Part shown: piece by piece, positions 7,770-17,118 of the stretch
How positions within the stretch are numbered: the stretch's first letter is position 1
Layout of the letters: each line of letters opens with the position of its first letter
Assembly: GCA_039028615.1 (NCBI GenBank)
Contig: JBCCHT010000008.1
Span: 96,001-160,000, forward strand
Origin: Myxococcota bacterium
Lineage (GTDB): Bacteria; Myxococcota_A; Polyangia; Nannocystales; Nannocystaceae
Direction of reading: 5' to 3'
DNA: 64,000 nucleotides
Notes under the pieces: model-generated
What the model saw: the letters and a program-made list of their open reading frames with translations, nothing else
Databases searched by the model: none
What the model was told of the DNA's origin: nothing
Program-made: the position numbers and the translations under genes

Positions 7770-9470
7770 CTAGTTCGATTCCTCGGAATCCGCCAGTTGC
7801 TCGCGGACCTCTTGCATGCTGACGAGATTGAAATCGTGACCGAAGATCTCTTTGTAAGCCTGATGAAACCCAGGATCACGTCGCAGTCCCTCGCAAATAG
7901 GCCAACTCCTATACGCAAGTTCCATCCTGGGATCTTCTCCTAGCCTCCGCACCCAGTGAACAGCATCCTTAAAATCATCTCTCAAAAGAGCTCGGGCAAG
8001 CTGGTACCTGTCAGCCAGGCAATCCCACTCGATCTCCGTCACAATGCGATCACAACGCTCTTGCCGGCCTGCCATCTTATTCGCAAGCGCGATGTTAATT
8101 CGAAACATGTGAGAATCTGACGTTCGTGTAAGCCTGGGCTGCTTCGTCACAGATGGGAACTCAAGGAGGCTGATTGCGAGTTCGTAGTCGCCTCGCCGAA
8201 CAATTTCCACCGCGAGATTGTTGAGATAGGAATCAGCCTCAGTGCCTTGATGCGGGAAGAATTTCTTCCAAAGGACATAGGCAAGCTTCACACCTGTCTC
8301 GAAAATCGCGTGATACGCCTCAACAAGGTACTCCGGGCTAGCATCAAGACGAGTTCCGATGCGAGACTCAACATCAGCGACGCCGGCCTTTCTGCAGTTC
8401 TCCACATATTGAATGGAAACACAGCCATCGGAGTGCACGAACAAGTTCCGGCGCTGAGTCACCTCCACGAACGGCGCCCAAAGCCGGGGAGGCGGAACGA
8501 GCACCAGCCCTGTCTTGCGCTCGAGCCATTTTATCTGCTCGACATGGCTCTTTCGCAAAACATCGTCAACAGTCGATGAAACAATATGTTCTCTCGCGTC
8601 ATCAAGACTGCTAAAAGACATCAACTCTGAGACACTAACTGTCCGCTCCGAGCTATTTAGAAGCTCGGGAGCAGCCCTGAACAACGCGCGAATAAGCTCA
8701 GATATCAAAACATCAAACTGACTCACCATTCCGACAACCAACATTCGAGGCATCACTCGAACTGCCGATCGAAGCTTACGATTCTGTCTTGTCCGACGAC
8801 GATACTCAATCAACCCCCCAGAAGTTAGAAAAAATTTCGCATTTGGTTGCAACTCGGTCTCTGCTTCAGACGTTGCCGATTCGTCCGCACCTTCGTTACT
8901 GAATATCCTTAGGAAGGTGTCCCCCCAGTCGGTGCCAGCGGTGAGCTTCGCCCCTATGATGCTGGCAATGAGGGCATCCAGTCGTTGTTTCAGATGCTCC
9001 GTCTCATCGCTGTCGCCCGTCTGCCTTACTCCGTCTTCAACATTTGACACGGGTCTGGTGCGCCGTGTCTGTCCCGCTTGCAAACCACTGGAAGCTTCCG
9101 ATTTCTCGGACGGAGCGCCTGGGCGTTCGAGCTCTGAGCTTGGGCCTGCTTCGTGATCATTCTGGGTGTCCGGTTTGGAAATCGACCCTGAGACCGCTCC
9201 TTCATCCGCTTTTTCTTCATCGGTAGCTCCATCCTCCTCGAACGCCTCGTCGTCTCCCGCATCGACGCCATGCGAGACCAAGAAATCGAACTGGGAGGAC
9301 TCGGCCAGGGCTCGGAGCAACGAGGCAAGGACCGTGAACATCGTCATCGAGTCAAACGTTCCGTCCAGACTCGTGGCGAAGTACTCAAGTGCCTGTTTGA
9401 TGTTCAAATCGGTCGATTGTGTCTCTTGTTCTGTAGATTGGTTCACGGCGGCTAGCTGTCCTCTCGGCAT
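7770..9470 (-). CDS. Low-GC HEPN-motif protein (putative RNase / defence effector)
   Basis: RRNLFVH (Rx4H) at 8433-8453, preceded by MVSQFD...ELIRALF and DDVLRKSH. TPR-like C-terminus. GC about 50-55% by eye against about 70% in the flanks. GGAG precedes ATG 9470. Confidence 0.7.
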   Translation of the reverse strand: MPRGQLAAVNQSTEQETQSTDLNIKQALEYFATSLDGTFDSMTMFTVLASLLRALAESSQFDFLVSHGVDAGDDEAFEEDGATDEEKADEGAVSGSISKPDTQNDHEAGPSSELERPGAPSEKSEASSGLQAGQTRRTRPVSNVEDGVRQTGDSDETEHLKQRLDALIASIIGAKLTAGTDWGDTFLRIFSNEGADESATSEAETELQPNAKFFLTSGGLIEYRRRTRQNRKLRSAVRVMPRMLVVGMVSQFDVLISELIRALFRAAPELLNSSERTVSVSELMSFSSLDDAREHIVSSTVDDVLRKSHVEQIKWLERKTGLVLVPPPRLWAPFVEVTQRRNLFVHSDGCVSIQYVENCRKAGVADVESRIGTRLDASPEYLVEAYHAIFETGVKLAYVLWKKFFPHQGTEADSYLNNLAVEIVRRGDYELAISLLEFPSVTKQPRLTRTSDSHMFRINIALANKMAGRQERCDRIVTEIEWDCLADRYQLARALLRDDFKDAVHWVRRLGEDPRMELAYRSWPICEGLRRDPGFHQAYKEIFGHDFNLVSMQEVREQLADSEESN

Positions 9471-9727
9471 TGTCACTCCAAGCGAGCGAACGGCCTAGAG
9501 TGGAGTTCTGCACACTGACGTGGTTTAGCCAGAAAACGGACATACTGGAACGAACGTGCCATTCAAGAAAACAGAAGCGAGATCTTGAACACGGGTCATC
9601 ACCTAGGCTCCAATAGTCGGGACTTGGCTCATAGACGCTCTCACTTCATCACGAGCAAGAGGGGGAACGGCTTGAGTTCGGTATTCCCGCGCCGCCCTCT
9701 CTCGACCCGCAAGGATCGAATGCGCGC

Positions 9728-10648
9728 TCAGTCGTAGAGCCGACCGAAGTAGTAGCCGACGCCGATGCCCATGAAGAGGCCGGCGTGGTTACCCAGCTCG
9801 AAGCCCTGCCCGGGGCCGTTGGTGGCACCGAGGCGCTCGGCGATCCCGGTGCCCGGGTTGGCGTCGGACTCACCGTTTTGATCGGGCTCACGGTTGCCCG
9901 GGATGGCCCGAAACACCAGGCCGAACTCGGGATTGATCGACACGCGCCGACCGATGAAGATCTGCACCGCCGCCGGGATCTCGATGTCGACCTCGAGCGG
10001 GGTGTTGAAGGTCCGCTCGTTCTCCTCGAGCTCGCGGAAACCGACGTAGGTCAGGATGCGCAGGCCGATGCCGAAGTCGGCGTGCACCTGCTGATCGCGG
10101 GGGCCCTGGGCCGCCCAGAAGAACACGGAGGGGCCCACCGCCAGCGCGCCCACCGTGTTGGTGCGCCGAAACTCGCCCACGTCGTCGGACTCCCGATGGC
10201 CGAAGGTGGCAAAGCCGCCCGCGAGGCCGAGCGTAAAGCGGTGCCCGACATAGTAGCGAACGAACAGACCGTTGAGACCGGACAGCGAGCGCATCGCCCC
10301 GAAGCCCACCCGGTGTCGCATCAGCGCCATGCGGTCGCGGTCGTCCGCGATGGGCTCTTGGCGGGCCTCGGGCTCGTCGTCTTCTCCGCCGTCGCCATCC
10401 CCGTCGAGATCGATCCCGAGTTCGTCCTCCGCCGGGCTGGTCTTGGGCTCCGGCTCGGCCTCTTCGTTCTTGCCGCGGCGCCGCTTCGACTTCGGGGCGT
10501 CGACGCTGGTGTCGCCCTCGGACGCGCTGGCCACCTGCGGGAGCGACAACGATGCGACCAGGGTTGCCGCGCCGAGTCCGAGGCCGAGCCGCGAGCGCAG
10601 AGACGAGCCTGCGCTCGTCCGCCTCGCGCATGTCGAGGGCCGGTCCAC
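9728..10648 (-). CDS. Exported probable outer-membrane beta-barrel protein (paralog A)
   Basis: Signal peptide ending VASA, charged linker, amphipathic strands, C-terminal GLFMGIGVGYYFG. Confidence 0.75.
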   Translation of the reverse strand: MDRPSTCARRTSAGSSLRSRLGLGLGAATLVASLSLPQVASASEGDTSVDAPKSKRRRGKNEEAEPEPKTSPAEDELGIDLDGDGDGGEDDEPEARQEPIADDRDRMALMRHRVGFGAMRSLSGLNGLFVRYYVGHRFTLGLAGGFATFGHRESDDVGEFRRTNTVGALAVGPSVFFWAAQGPRDQQVHADFGIGLRILTYVGFRELEENERTFNTPLEVDIEIPAAVQIFIGRRVSINPEFGLVFRAIPGNREPDQNGESDANPGTGIAERLGATNGPGQGFELGNHAGLFMGIGVGYYFGRLYD

Positions 10649-10654
10649 GACCGG

Positions 10655-11608
10655 TTAGTCGCGGAGCTTGCCGAAGTAGTAGCCGACGCCGATGCCCATG
10701 AAGAGCCCGGCGTGGTTGCCCAGCTCGAAGCCCAAGCCCGGGCCATTGGTCGTACCCAAGCGCTCACCCACGCCCGTGCCCGGGTTCGCGTCCGACTCGC
10801 CGTTGCCGTCGGGCTCACGGTTGCCGGGGATGATGCGGAAGGCCACGCCGAACTCGGGGTTGATCGAGACGCGGCGACCGATGAACAGCTGGATCGCGGC
10901 CGGAATCTCGACGTCGATCTCGATGGGCGTGTCGAGGGTGTCGGTCTGCTCGTTCTCCGACAGACCCAAGAAGCCGACGAAGCTCAGCACGCGCAGGCCG
11001 ACGCCGAAGTCGGCGTGCACCTGCTGGTTGCGGGGACCCTGCACGGGCCAGAAGAACATCTCCGGACCCACCGCCACCGCGCCCACCGTGCGGGTGCGGC
11101 CGAACTCTCCCATGTCGTCGGTGTCGCGGTGCGAGAAGGTGGCAACCCCGGTGGTCAGACCCAGGGTGAACCGGTTGGCGAGGTAGTAGCGCACGAACAG
11201 ACCGTTGAGCCCGGACACCGTACGCATGCCGCCGACGCCGACGCGCTTTTTCATGTTCGCGACCCGCTTGCCGCCGCCGTCACTGCTGCTGCTCGTGCTG
11301 ACGCTGACCGTGGGCTCGCCGTCGTCCTCGTCGACGTCGGCCGCGGTTTCTTCCTCGGTCACGCTTTCCTCGACCTCGGGCTCCGGCTCGGGCTCGGGTG
11401 CGGCCTCTTGTTTCTTCTTGCCGCCCTTGCCCTTCTTGGACTTCTTTTTCTTCTTCGACGGAGCCTCGACGTTCATCTCCATCCGCTTGCTGCCCTCGCC
11501 ATCGCTCGTCGCCGCCGAGGCCGCCTGAGGAAGTGCCAACAAAGCGGCGAGGGTTGCACCTCGCAACGCGAGACCGAGCAAGGGGGGAAGGGGCGAGCGC
11601 GTGCTCAT
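10655..11608 (-). CDS. Exported probable outer-membrane beta-barrel protein (paralog B)
   Basis: Signal peptide ending AASA, poly-Lys then acidic linker. C-terminal ~200 aa closely match paralog A. Confidence 0.78.
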   Translation of the reverse strand: MSTRSPLPPLLGLALRGATLAALLALPQAASAATSDGEGSKRMEMNVEAPSKKKKKSKKGKGGKKKQEAAPEPEPEPEVEESVTEEETAADVDEDDGEPTVSVSTSSSSDGGGKRVANMKKRVGVGGMRTVSGLNGLFVRYYLANRFTLGLTTGVATFSHRDTDDMGEFGRTRTVGAVAVGPEMFFWPVQGPRNQQVHADFGVGLRVLSFVGFLGLSENEQTDTLDTPIEIDVEIPAAIQLFIGRRVSINPEFGVAFRIIPGNREPDGNGESDANPGTGVGERLGTTNGPGLGFELGNHAGLFMGIGVGYYFGKLRD

Positions 11609-11830
11609 CGGCCGCGAGTATACCGATGGCCGCGTCGGTGTCTGGCCCGCGTGTTGGTTCGGTGATCGAGATCGCGTACGTGCTCGAAATGTGGTCACGC
11701 GACGCACTGAAACCTGCACGAAATCACCCCTAGATGCCGTTTTATGGGGCTCCCAGACCCCGAGACCGGGGCCCCTCGATGCCTTTTTTTGACCCCTCGT
11801 TCGAGCTACGCTGGTCATTGGGTGAAATCG

Positions 11831-13675
11831 ATGCGACGAGCTCGAAAACGACGGACGGTATCCGGCGCGGCCCTACCCATGAGCCTCGGAGTCGCGGCGA
11901 CTCTGCTGCTCGCCGGGTGCGGCAACGTGGAGGGCATGGATCCCAGCGATCCAGCCCGTGGGCCTGGGCAACTGGTTGGCAACGGCGACCCGGTCTCGGC
12001 GGGTGACTTTGCCGGAGGCAACGACGCCATGCCGGCTCCGCGAGAGACCACGCTGCCCGCCGATGGCAGCCTGGCCGATTGCGAAGCCGACTGCCGCAGC
12101 TACTGCGACGGCCTCGACCTGGACAACCCGGTCAACCGCGGCATGTGTGCCTCGGCCTGGGGCGTGGGCCTGGCGTTGCGCCCGGTCGATCGCGCCGAAG
12201 CCTGCCGCCGCATCTACGCCGACTTCATCGGTCGCTTCCCCACCCCCACCGAGGTCGCCGAGGTCTGCAGCAGCGATCGCACCTGGGGCGAGGTCGTGAA
12301 CGCGGTGCTCGACATGGACGAGTACGTCCTCGTCAACCAGCGTCGCTGGGCCGACAAGCTGCTCTACAACAACCGCGCCGTGAACTTCGAGCGCGCCTTC
12401 GACATGGACGAGCTGGTGGGCAAGGCCTACCGCGGTCGCGTGTCGTGGGACCAGTTCGCCGCCGTCACCTCGGCTCACCCCATCATCATGCGGCGCATGG
12501 ACACCGCGGGTGACCGCGCCGAGTTCGTGTTCCGTCTGTTCCTCGGCCGCCCGCCCTACGAGCACGAGCGCTCCGACCTCGGCCGCCTGTATCGCCTGTG
12601 GAACAACGGGTACTGGGATCACCCGCACATCGGCACCGTCCCCGATGCGTTCGTCGAGTTCGCCTGTGTCGACAGCGCGGGCAACGTGGACCCGGGCACC
12701 ATCGGCGAGTGCACCAGCACCCAGTGGGGCTACCAAGAGCTCACCCTCGCCCCCGACCCCAAGCGCGCCGAAAAGAGCGGCGAGCAAGAGGGCCTTTTAT
12801 GGGCGGGCAAGCTGGAGGCCAGCGAGTGGGAGGCCCTGCAGCTGCCCGGTCGCATCATCTCCCAGCAGCCGGCCTTCTGGGAGACCGCGGTCGACGAGAC
12901 CCTCGAGCAATACCTCGGCTACGACCTGGCCACGCTGGTCCCCGAGGTGCGCAACGAGATGGTGCGCTACATCCTCGACTACAACGGGGACATCCGCTCC
13001 TTGCACTTCGCGGTGGCCACCTCGTTCGCGTACTTGCAGTCGGCCGAGGGTGCCTCGGCCACCGACCTGCGCTGGACCTACGGCCCGCTCAAGCAGATCC
13101 AGGTCGAAGGCTGGCTCGACACCATCAAGCACCACGGCGGCGTCCCCCTGGCGCAGTGTGACCATCGCCTGCCGCACCCCGAGGACTACGTCGGCGACAA
13201 CGCCGTCGAGGAAGCCCGCGGCTGGGCCTACTCGATGATCAACCACACCAACTGGGACGTCACCGAAGACCGCGACGTCATCAACAACTATCGCAACCTG
13301 GCCCGCACCCTGGGCGGCTGCCCCTCCAACGAGGTCGGCGGTCGCTTCACCACCGTCTCGGTGCTCAACACCGCGGTCCAAGAGGCGTTCATCGCCGACG
13401 TGTGCGGGCTCGGTACCCCGAACTTCCGCACCATGGAGCTTTCACGGTTGCTCCCCGACGGGGTCTCGGACAACCAAGCCCTCGACACGGCCACGGCCGA
13501 GGCCATCCTCGGTCACCAACAGCGGCTCTTCCTCGGGCGCGGCCTCAACGAGTCCGAGCTCGGGCTGGCCGCCGCCGCGGCCGAGACCTGCACCCCAGCC
13601 CCCTGTGACGCGGAGACCTTCGCCCGGCCCGCCTGCTTTGCCCTGCTCTCCAGCGCGGAGATGCTCTTCTACTAG
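11831..13675 (+). CDS. Lipoprotein with DUF1549/DUF1553-like motifs
   Basis: Lipobox LAGC. RRIYADFIGRFPT and RLFLGRPP resemble PSCyt2/PSD1 motifs. Ends ALLSSAEMLFY and sits directly upstream of a DUF1501 gene. Confidence 0.65.
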   Translation: MRRARKRRTVSGAALPMSLGVAATLLLAGCGNVEGMDPSDPARGPGQLVGNGDPVSAGDFAGGNDAMPAPRETTLPADGSLADCEADCRSYCDGLDLDNPVNRGMCASAWGVGLALRPVDRAEACRRIYADFIGRFPTPTEVAEVCSSDRTWGEVVNAVLDMDEYVLVNQRRWADKLLYNNRAVNFERAFDMDELVGKAYRGRVSWDQFAAVTSAHPIIMRRMDTAGDRAEFVFRLFLGRPPYEHERSDLGRLYRLWNNGYWDHPHIGTVPDAFVEFACVDSAGNVDPGTIGECTSTQWGYQELTLAPDPKRAEKSGEQEGLLWAGKLEASEWEALQLPGRIISQQPAFWETAVDETLEQYLGYDLATLVPEVRNEMVRYILDYNGDIRSLHFAVATSFAYLQSAEGASATDLRWTYGPLKQIQVEGWLDTIKHHGGVPLAQCDHRLPHPEDYVGDNAVEEARGWAYSMINHTNWDVTEDRDVINNYRNLARTLGGCPSNEVGGRFTTVSVLNTAVQEAFIADVCGLGTPNFRTMELSRLLPDGVSDNQALDTATAEAILGHQQRLFLGRGLNESELGLAAAAAETCTPAPCDAETFARPACFALLSSAEMLFY

Positions 13676-13690
13676 GAAGGGAGAACAACG

Positions 13691-15076
13691 ATGACCACGT
13701 CGAACAAACGCCTCCCTCGCCTCACCCGCCGGCGCCTGCTCAAGGGCGCCGGAGTGGCCGCGGCCGCAGCCGCGTTCCCGCATGTCTGGGTCCCGCGCGA
13801 AGCCAAGGCCACCGTCGGCTTCGGCACCGCCAAGCACATCGTCTACATCCGCCTCAGCGCGGGCTTCCGCTTCCCCGTGGCCTTCAACGGGGCGATGGGC
13901 TCCGAGTTCAACCCCTTCGGTACCGCCAGCTCTGTGGCCAGCGGCACCGAGTGGGGCGTGGGCCGCATGCTCCAGCAGGACGCCTGGCTCACCGAGGAAC
14001 TCACCGACCTGGGCCTGCGCTCGGTCACGCAGTTCACCAACGACATGGCCGTGCTGCCGTGTGTCGATCACGAGCCGCTGTCCGGCAGCGCCGACGGCAA
14101 CCATCAAACCGGGCTCGAGCGCTTCCTGACCGGCTACGTGGGCGGCGACCTCGGTCTGTTCACCATGCTCAACTACGGCTTGCGCGACGTCGTGGCCGAG
14201 GCCGCGTCGATGGGCGACATCCGGCTGCCCGCGGTCATCATGGGCGAGTCGGGCATGGGTCGCGGCAGCGGCATCTACGGCGCCTATCGTCCGCCCGTGC
14301 TGCGCGGTGACGACCTCGCGCTGTTCGAGTCCAACGCCAGCTCGCAGCTCCCCGAGTGGGCCCGCAACCTTTCGTCTGGCTACGACCTGCAGCGCCGCGC
14401 CGAGGTCAACCCAGCGCACTTTTCCACCGTCGACGCCTACTTGCAGTCGCGCGAGGCGACCTTGGCCTACGCCGAGATCTTCGCCAGCGACATGCTCAAG
14501 ATCCGCGAGCCCTCCACCGAGCTGTACGACGGGGTCTCCAACAACGACCTGCGGCTCGCCTTCGGCGAGAGCGGGGCCGGGCGCAACGCTCACCTCGCCA
14601 TGCGCCTGTTCCACTTCGGCTGCCCCGCCGTCTATATCGACGAGGGCGGCTACGACTTCCACTCCGACGAGGAAGAGGCGCTGCCCGAGCGCATCCAGGG
14701 CTTCAACCGCCTGATGTCCGCGCTCGAGTGGGCGCTCAAAACCATGGAGCACCCCGACGGCGGCAGCTACTGGGATCACACCATCGTGGTCGCGGGCAGC
14801 GAGTTCTCCCGCAGCGGTCGCGGGGCGCCCTTCAACTCGGCGCGCGGCAGCGACCACGGCGGCGACTATGCGACCCGCTGGATGTCGATGCCCTTCATGG
14901 GCGGCCCCGTCGTCGCCCGCGGGCGGCAGATCGGTGCCACCAACCCCGACGACCTCAGCCCCGAGGGCGCGGTGTTCTCCTACCGCGGCATGTGGAAGAC
15001 CATGATGGACGCGGTCGGTGCCGACCACGAAGAGTTCTTCCCCGCCGACGAAGCCTTCGACGACCTGTTCGTCTGA
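13691..15076 (+). CDS. Tat-exported DUF1501-family protein
   Basis: LTRRRLLK Tat signal. GGYDFHSD, TIVVAGSEFSR, GSDHG and GGPV motifs. GGAG SD. Confidence 0.85.
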   Translation: MTTSNKRLPRLTRRRLLKGAGVAAAAAAFPHVWVPREAKATVGFGTAKHIVYIRLSAGFRFPVAFNGAMGSEFNPFGTASSVASGTEWGVGRMLQQDAWLTEELTDLGLRSVTQFTNDMAVLPCVDHEPLSGSADGNHQTGLERFLTGYVGGDLGLFTMLNYGLRDVVAEAASMGDIRLPAVIMGESGMGRGSGIYGAYRPPVLRGDDLALFESNASSQLPEWARNLSSGYDLQRRAEVNPAHFSTVDAYLQSREATLAYAEIFASDMLKIREPSTELYDGVSNNDLRLAFGESGAGRNAHLAMRLFHFGCPAVYIDEGGYDFHSDEEEALPERIQGFNRLMSALEWALKTMEHPDGGSYWDHTIVVAGSEFSRSGRGAPFNSARGSDHGGDYATRWMSMPFMGGPVVARGRQIGATNPDDLSPEGAVFSYRGMWKTMMDAVGADHEEFFPADEAFDDLFV

Positions 15077-15096
15077 TCGCGCCGCAGAGCCATCCC

Positions 15097-16485
15097 ATGA
15101 CGCGACGCATGCAATCACGCCTCGACCTCCGCCCGGGCTTCGGCCTGGGCCTGGTGCTGGCCGCCGGCCTCGCCCTGCCCGGGTGCCGAGACTTCGTCGA
15201 CTACAACTCCGGTCGCATCGACTTCGAGCCCGAGCGGCCCGAGCTCGAAGACAACCCCGAGGTCGAGCCCTATAGCGGCGACGATGCCATCGTGCTCACC
15301 GCCCAAGAGCGCTTCCCCACCGGGCTCGACGTCCATAAAAAGGTCATCTGGCGCACGTGCACGCCCAACGGCGGCGTGTGCCACAACCGCAAGGAGTACC
15401 CGGACCTCCGCACCCCGGCCAGCTTCGCCAGCGCCTTCTCGGCGCCGTGCAACGTGCAGCCGGGCGAGGCCGCGTCGGTCTTCGACGGCTGCGAGCGCCC
15501 CGGCGATCGCCTGCGCTTCGGCAACGACGGCGAGGAGATCGAGATCGGGTGGGTCGAGTTCGTCGGCGGCGACTGGCCGGGCCTGCAGGGCAACCAGATG
15601 GCCGAGCCCGACACCCCGGGCCTGCACATCCACCTCTCCACCCCGCTATCCGGCGACAACAACGGGTTCTTCGGCAACGCCAACTTCATCCGTTCCTTCG
15701 TCGACGGGCAGGGTGAGGTGCAAGCGAGCACCTACGAGCGCTTCGCCACCAACTGGTGGCGCGTGGGCGACAGCACGCACCTGGTCGGCCGGGTGCCCGA
15801 CTTCCAGATCCAAGAGGTCCAGAACCTGCTCGAGGTCGGCATCGTCATGGGCGACGCCAACCGCAACGGGGTCTACGGCGCCCAGCAGGGCCCCCCCGTC
15901 AGCATGCTCGAGCCCGGCGATCCCGTCGGCAGCTACCTCATCGGGCGCCTGCGGGGCGAGCTGCACGGCGAGTCCGTGCCCGGCTCCCGCATGCCGCTGG
16001 CCAACGCCCCGCTGTCCATCGACGAGATGCTCGCGTTGTTCTGCCTCGTCGAGGGCTTCCCCGAGGGCGGCGACGACTCCACCCTCACCGGGCCCATCGA
16101 CTACAACGCCTGCTCCTTCGCCGAGAACCCCGAGGACCTCAACCTCCTGGGCGACGGCGTCACCTGGGAGCGACGCATCAAGCTCATCCTCGAGTTCAAC
16201 TGCGGCGGCTGCCACAACGAGACGAGCCCCCAGGGCGGCCTCACCCTGCTGGGCGATGGCGTCTACGAGCGCCTGCTCGGGCCGAGCTCGCAGGTCCCCG
16301 ACATCCCCTTCATCACGCCGGGCGAGCCCGAGAACAGCTACCTGTATCTCAAGCTCATCGGCGACGATCGGGCGGTCGGGCTCCAGATGCCCTACAACCC
16401 GCTCACGGGCGAGGGGTCGCTGGGTACAGCCGAGCTGGCCGACATCGAGACCTGGATCGTCAACGGCGCCATCGAAGACGAGTAG
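15097..16485 (+). CDS. Lipoprotein c-type cytochrome with two planctomycete-cytochrome-C-like domains
   Basis: Lipobox LPGC. CTPNGGVCH and CGGCH. Paired PGDPVGSYL...RMPL and PGEPENSYL...QMPY, ending IETWIVNGA. Confidence 0.75.
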   Translation: MTRRMQSRLDLRPGFGLGLVLAAGLALPGCRDFVDYNSGRIDFEPERPELEDNPEVEPYSGDDAIVLTAQERFPTGLDVHKKVIWRTCTPNGGVCHNRKEYPDLRTPASFASAFSAPCNVQPGEAASVFDGCERPGDRLRFGNDGEEIEIGWVEFVGGDWPGLQGNQMAEPDTPGLHIHLSTPLSGDNNGFFGNANFIRSFVDGQGEVQASTYERFATNWWRVGDSTHLVGRVPDFQIQEVQNLLEVGIVMGDANRNGVYGAQQGPPVSMLEPGDPVGSYLIGRLRGELHGESVPGSRMPLANAPLSIDEMLALFCLVEGFPEGGDDSTLTGPIDYNACSFAENPEDLNLLGDGVTWERRIKLILEFNCGGCHNETSPQGGLTLLGDGVYERLLGPSSQVPDIPFITPGEPENSYLYLKLIGDDRAVGLQMPYNPLTGEGSLGTAELADIETWIVNGAIEDE

Positions 16486-16572
16486 GCCCGACACCCACGT
16501 CGTGAGCTGACGCGCCCGCCCCCGCCGGACGGGTGCGGTGATCGTTTCGGCCGACGGGGGCACTACCCAGGC

Positions 16573-17058
16573 ATGAAGCTTGGACTCTTCGGTCTCTTGG
16601 CCACCACGGCGGTTCTCAGCACGGGCTGCGAGCCCTACGCCTGCACCCTCATCGGGTGCGACTCCACCCTCATCGTCAACGTGGCCGGACCCGGCGGCGC
16701 CGACCTGGCCGACGGCACCTTCGAGGTGGCCTTCGATCTCGACGGCGAGACCTACGGCACCACCTGCGCCTACGGGCCCGACAACGAGTTCTCCTGCGAG
16801 GAGGTCGAGGGCGAAGGACGCTTCGACGTCTGGACGAGCACCCGCGGCGGCACCTTCGATCTTCAGGTCTACTCGACCAGCGAAGAGGCGCCCACGACCT
16901 ACGACATCGAGATCTTCTCCGGCGACGCGCTGGTCCTCGAGCACAGCGCCACGCCCGACTACGAGGTCAGCGAGCCCAACGGTGAGGGCTGCGGCACCTG
17001 TCAGTTCGCGCGCGAGGAGCTGACCATCGACCTCACGCCGGAACACGAAGAGGACTGA
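16573..17058 (+). CDS. Hypothetical lipoprotein
   Basis: Lipobox STGC, ACTLIGC and PNGEGCGTC motifs. Confidence 0.75.
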   Translation: MKLGLFGLLATTAVLSTGCEPYACTLIGCDSTLIVNVAGPGGADLADGTFEVAFDLDGETYGTTCAYGPDNEFSCEEVEGEGRFDVWTSTRGGTFDLQVYSTSEEAPTTYDIEIFSGDALVLEHSATPDYEVSEPNGEGCGTCQFAREELTIDLTPEHEED

Positions 17059-17076
17059 CGCCGTCGGTCACGAACG

Positions 17077-17113
17077 AAAAGGGGCTCCGCGATGCGTCGC
17101 GCGAGCCCCTTTT
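17077..17113. terminator. Bidirectional intrinsic terminator
   Basis: AAAAGGGGCTC...GAGCCCCTTTT between convergent genes. Confidence 0.75.
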
Positions 17114-17118
17114 GCGTC

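Noticed and set aside
7660..9727. Mobile element around the low-GC gene
   Set aside because: No transposase, integrase, terminal inverted repeats or target-site duplication found by eye.
14356..15096. Apparent long N-terminal extensions in the ORF track (also 27639-28871, 37206-37799, 25028-25582)
   Set aside because: They overlap real upstream genes in another frame. Downstream ATGs give proper signal peptides or domain starts, so there is no evidence for frameshifting or fusion.
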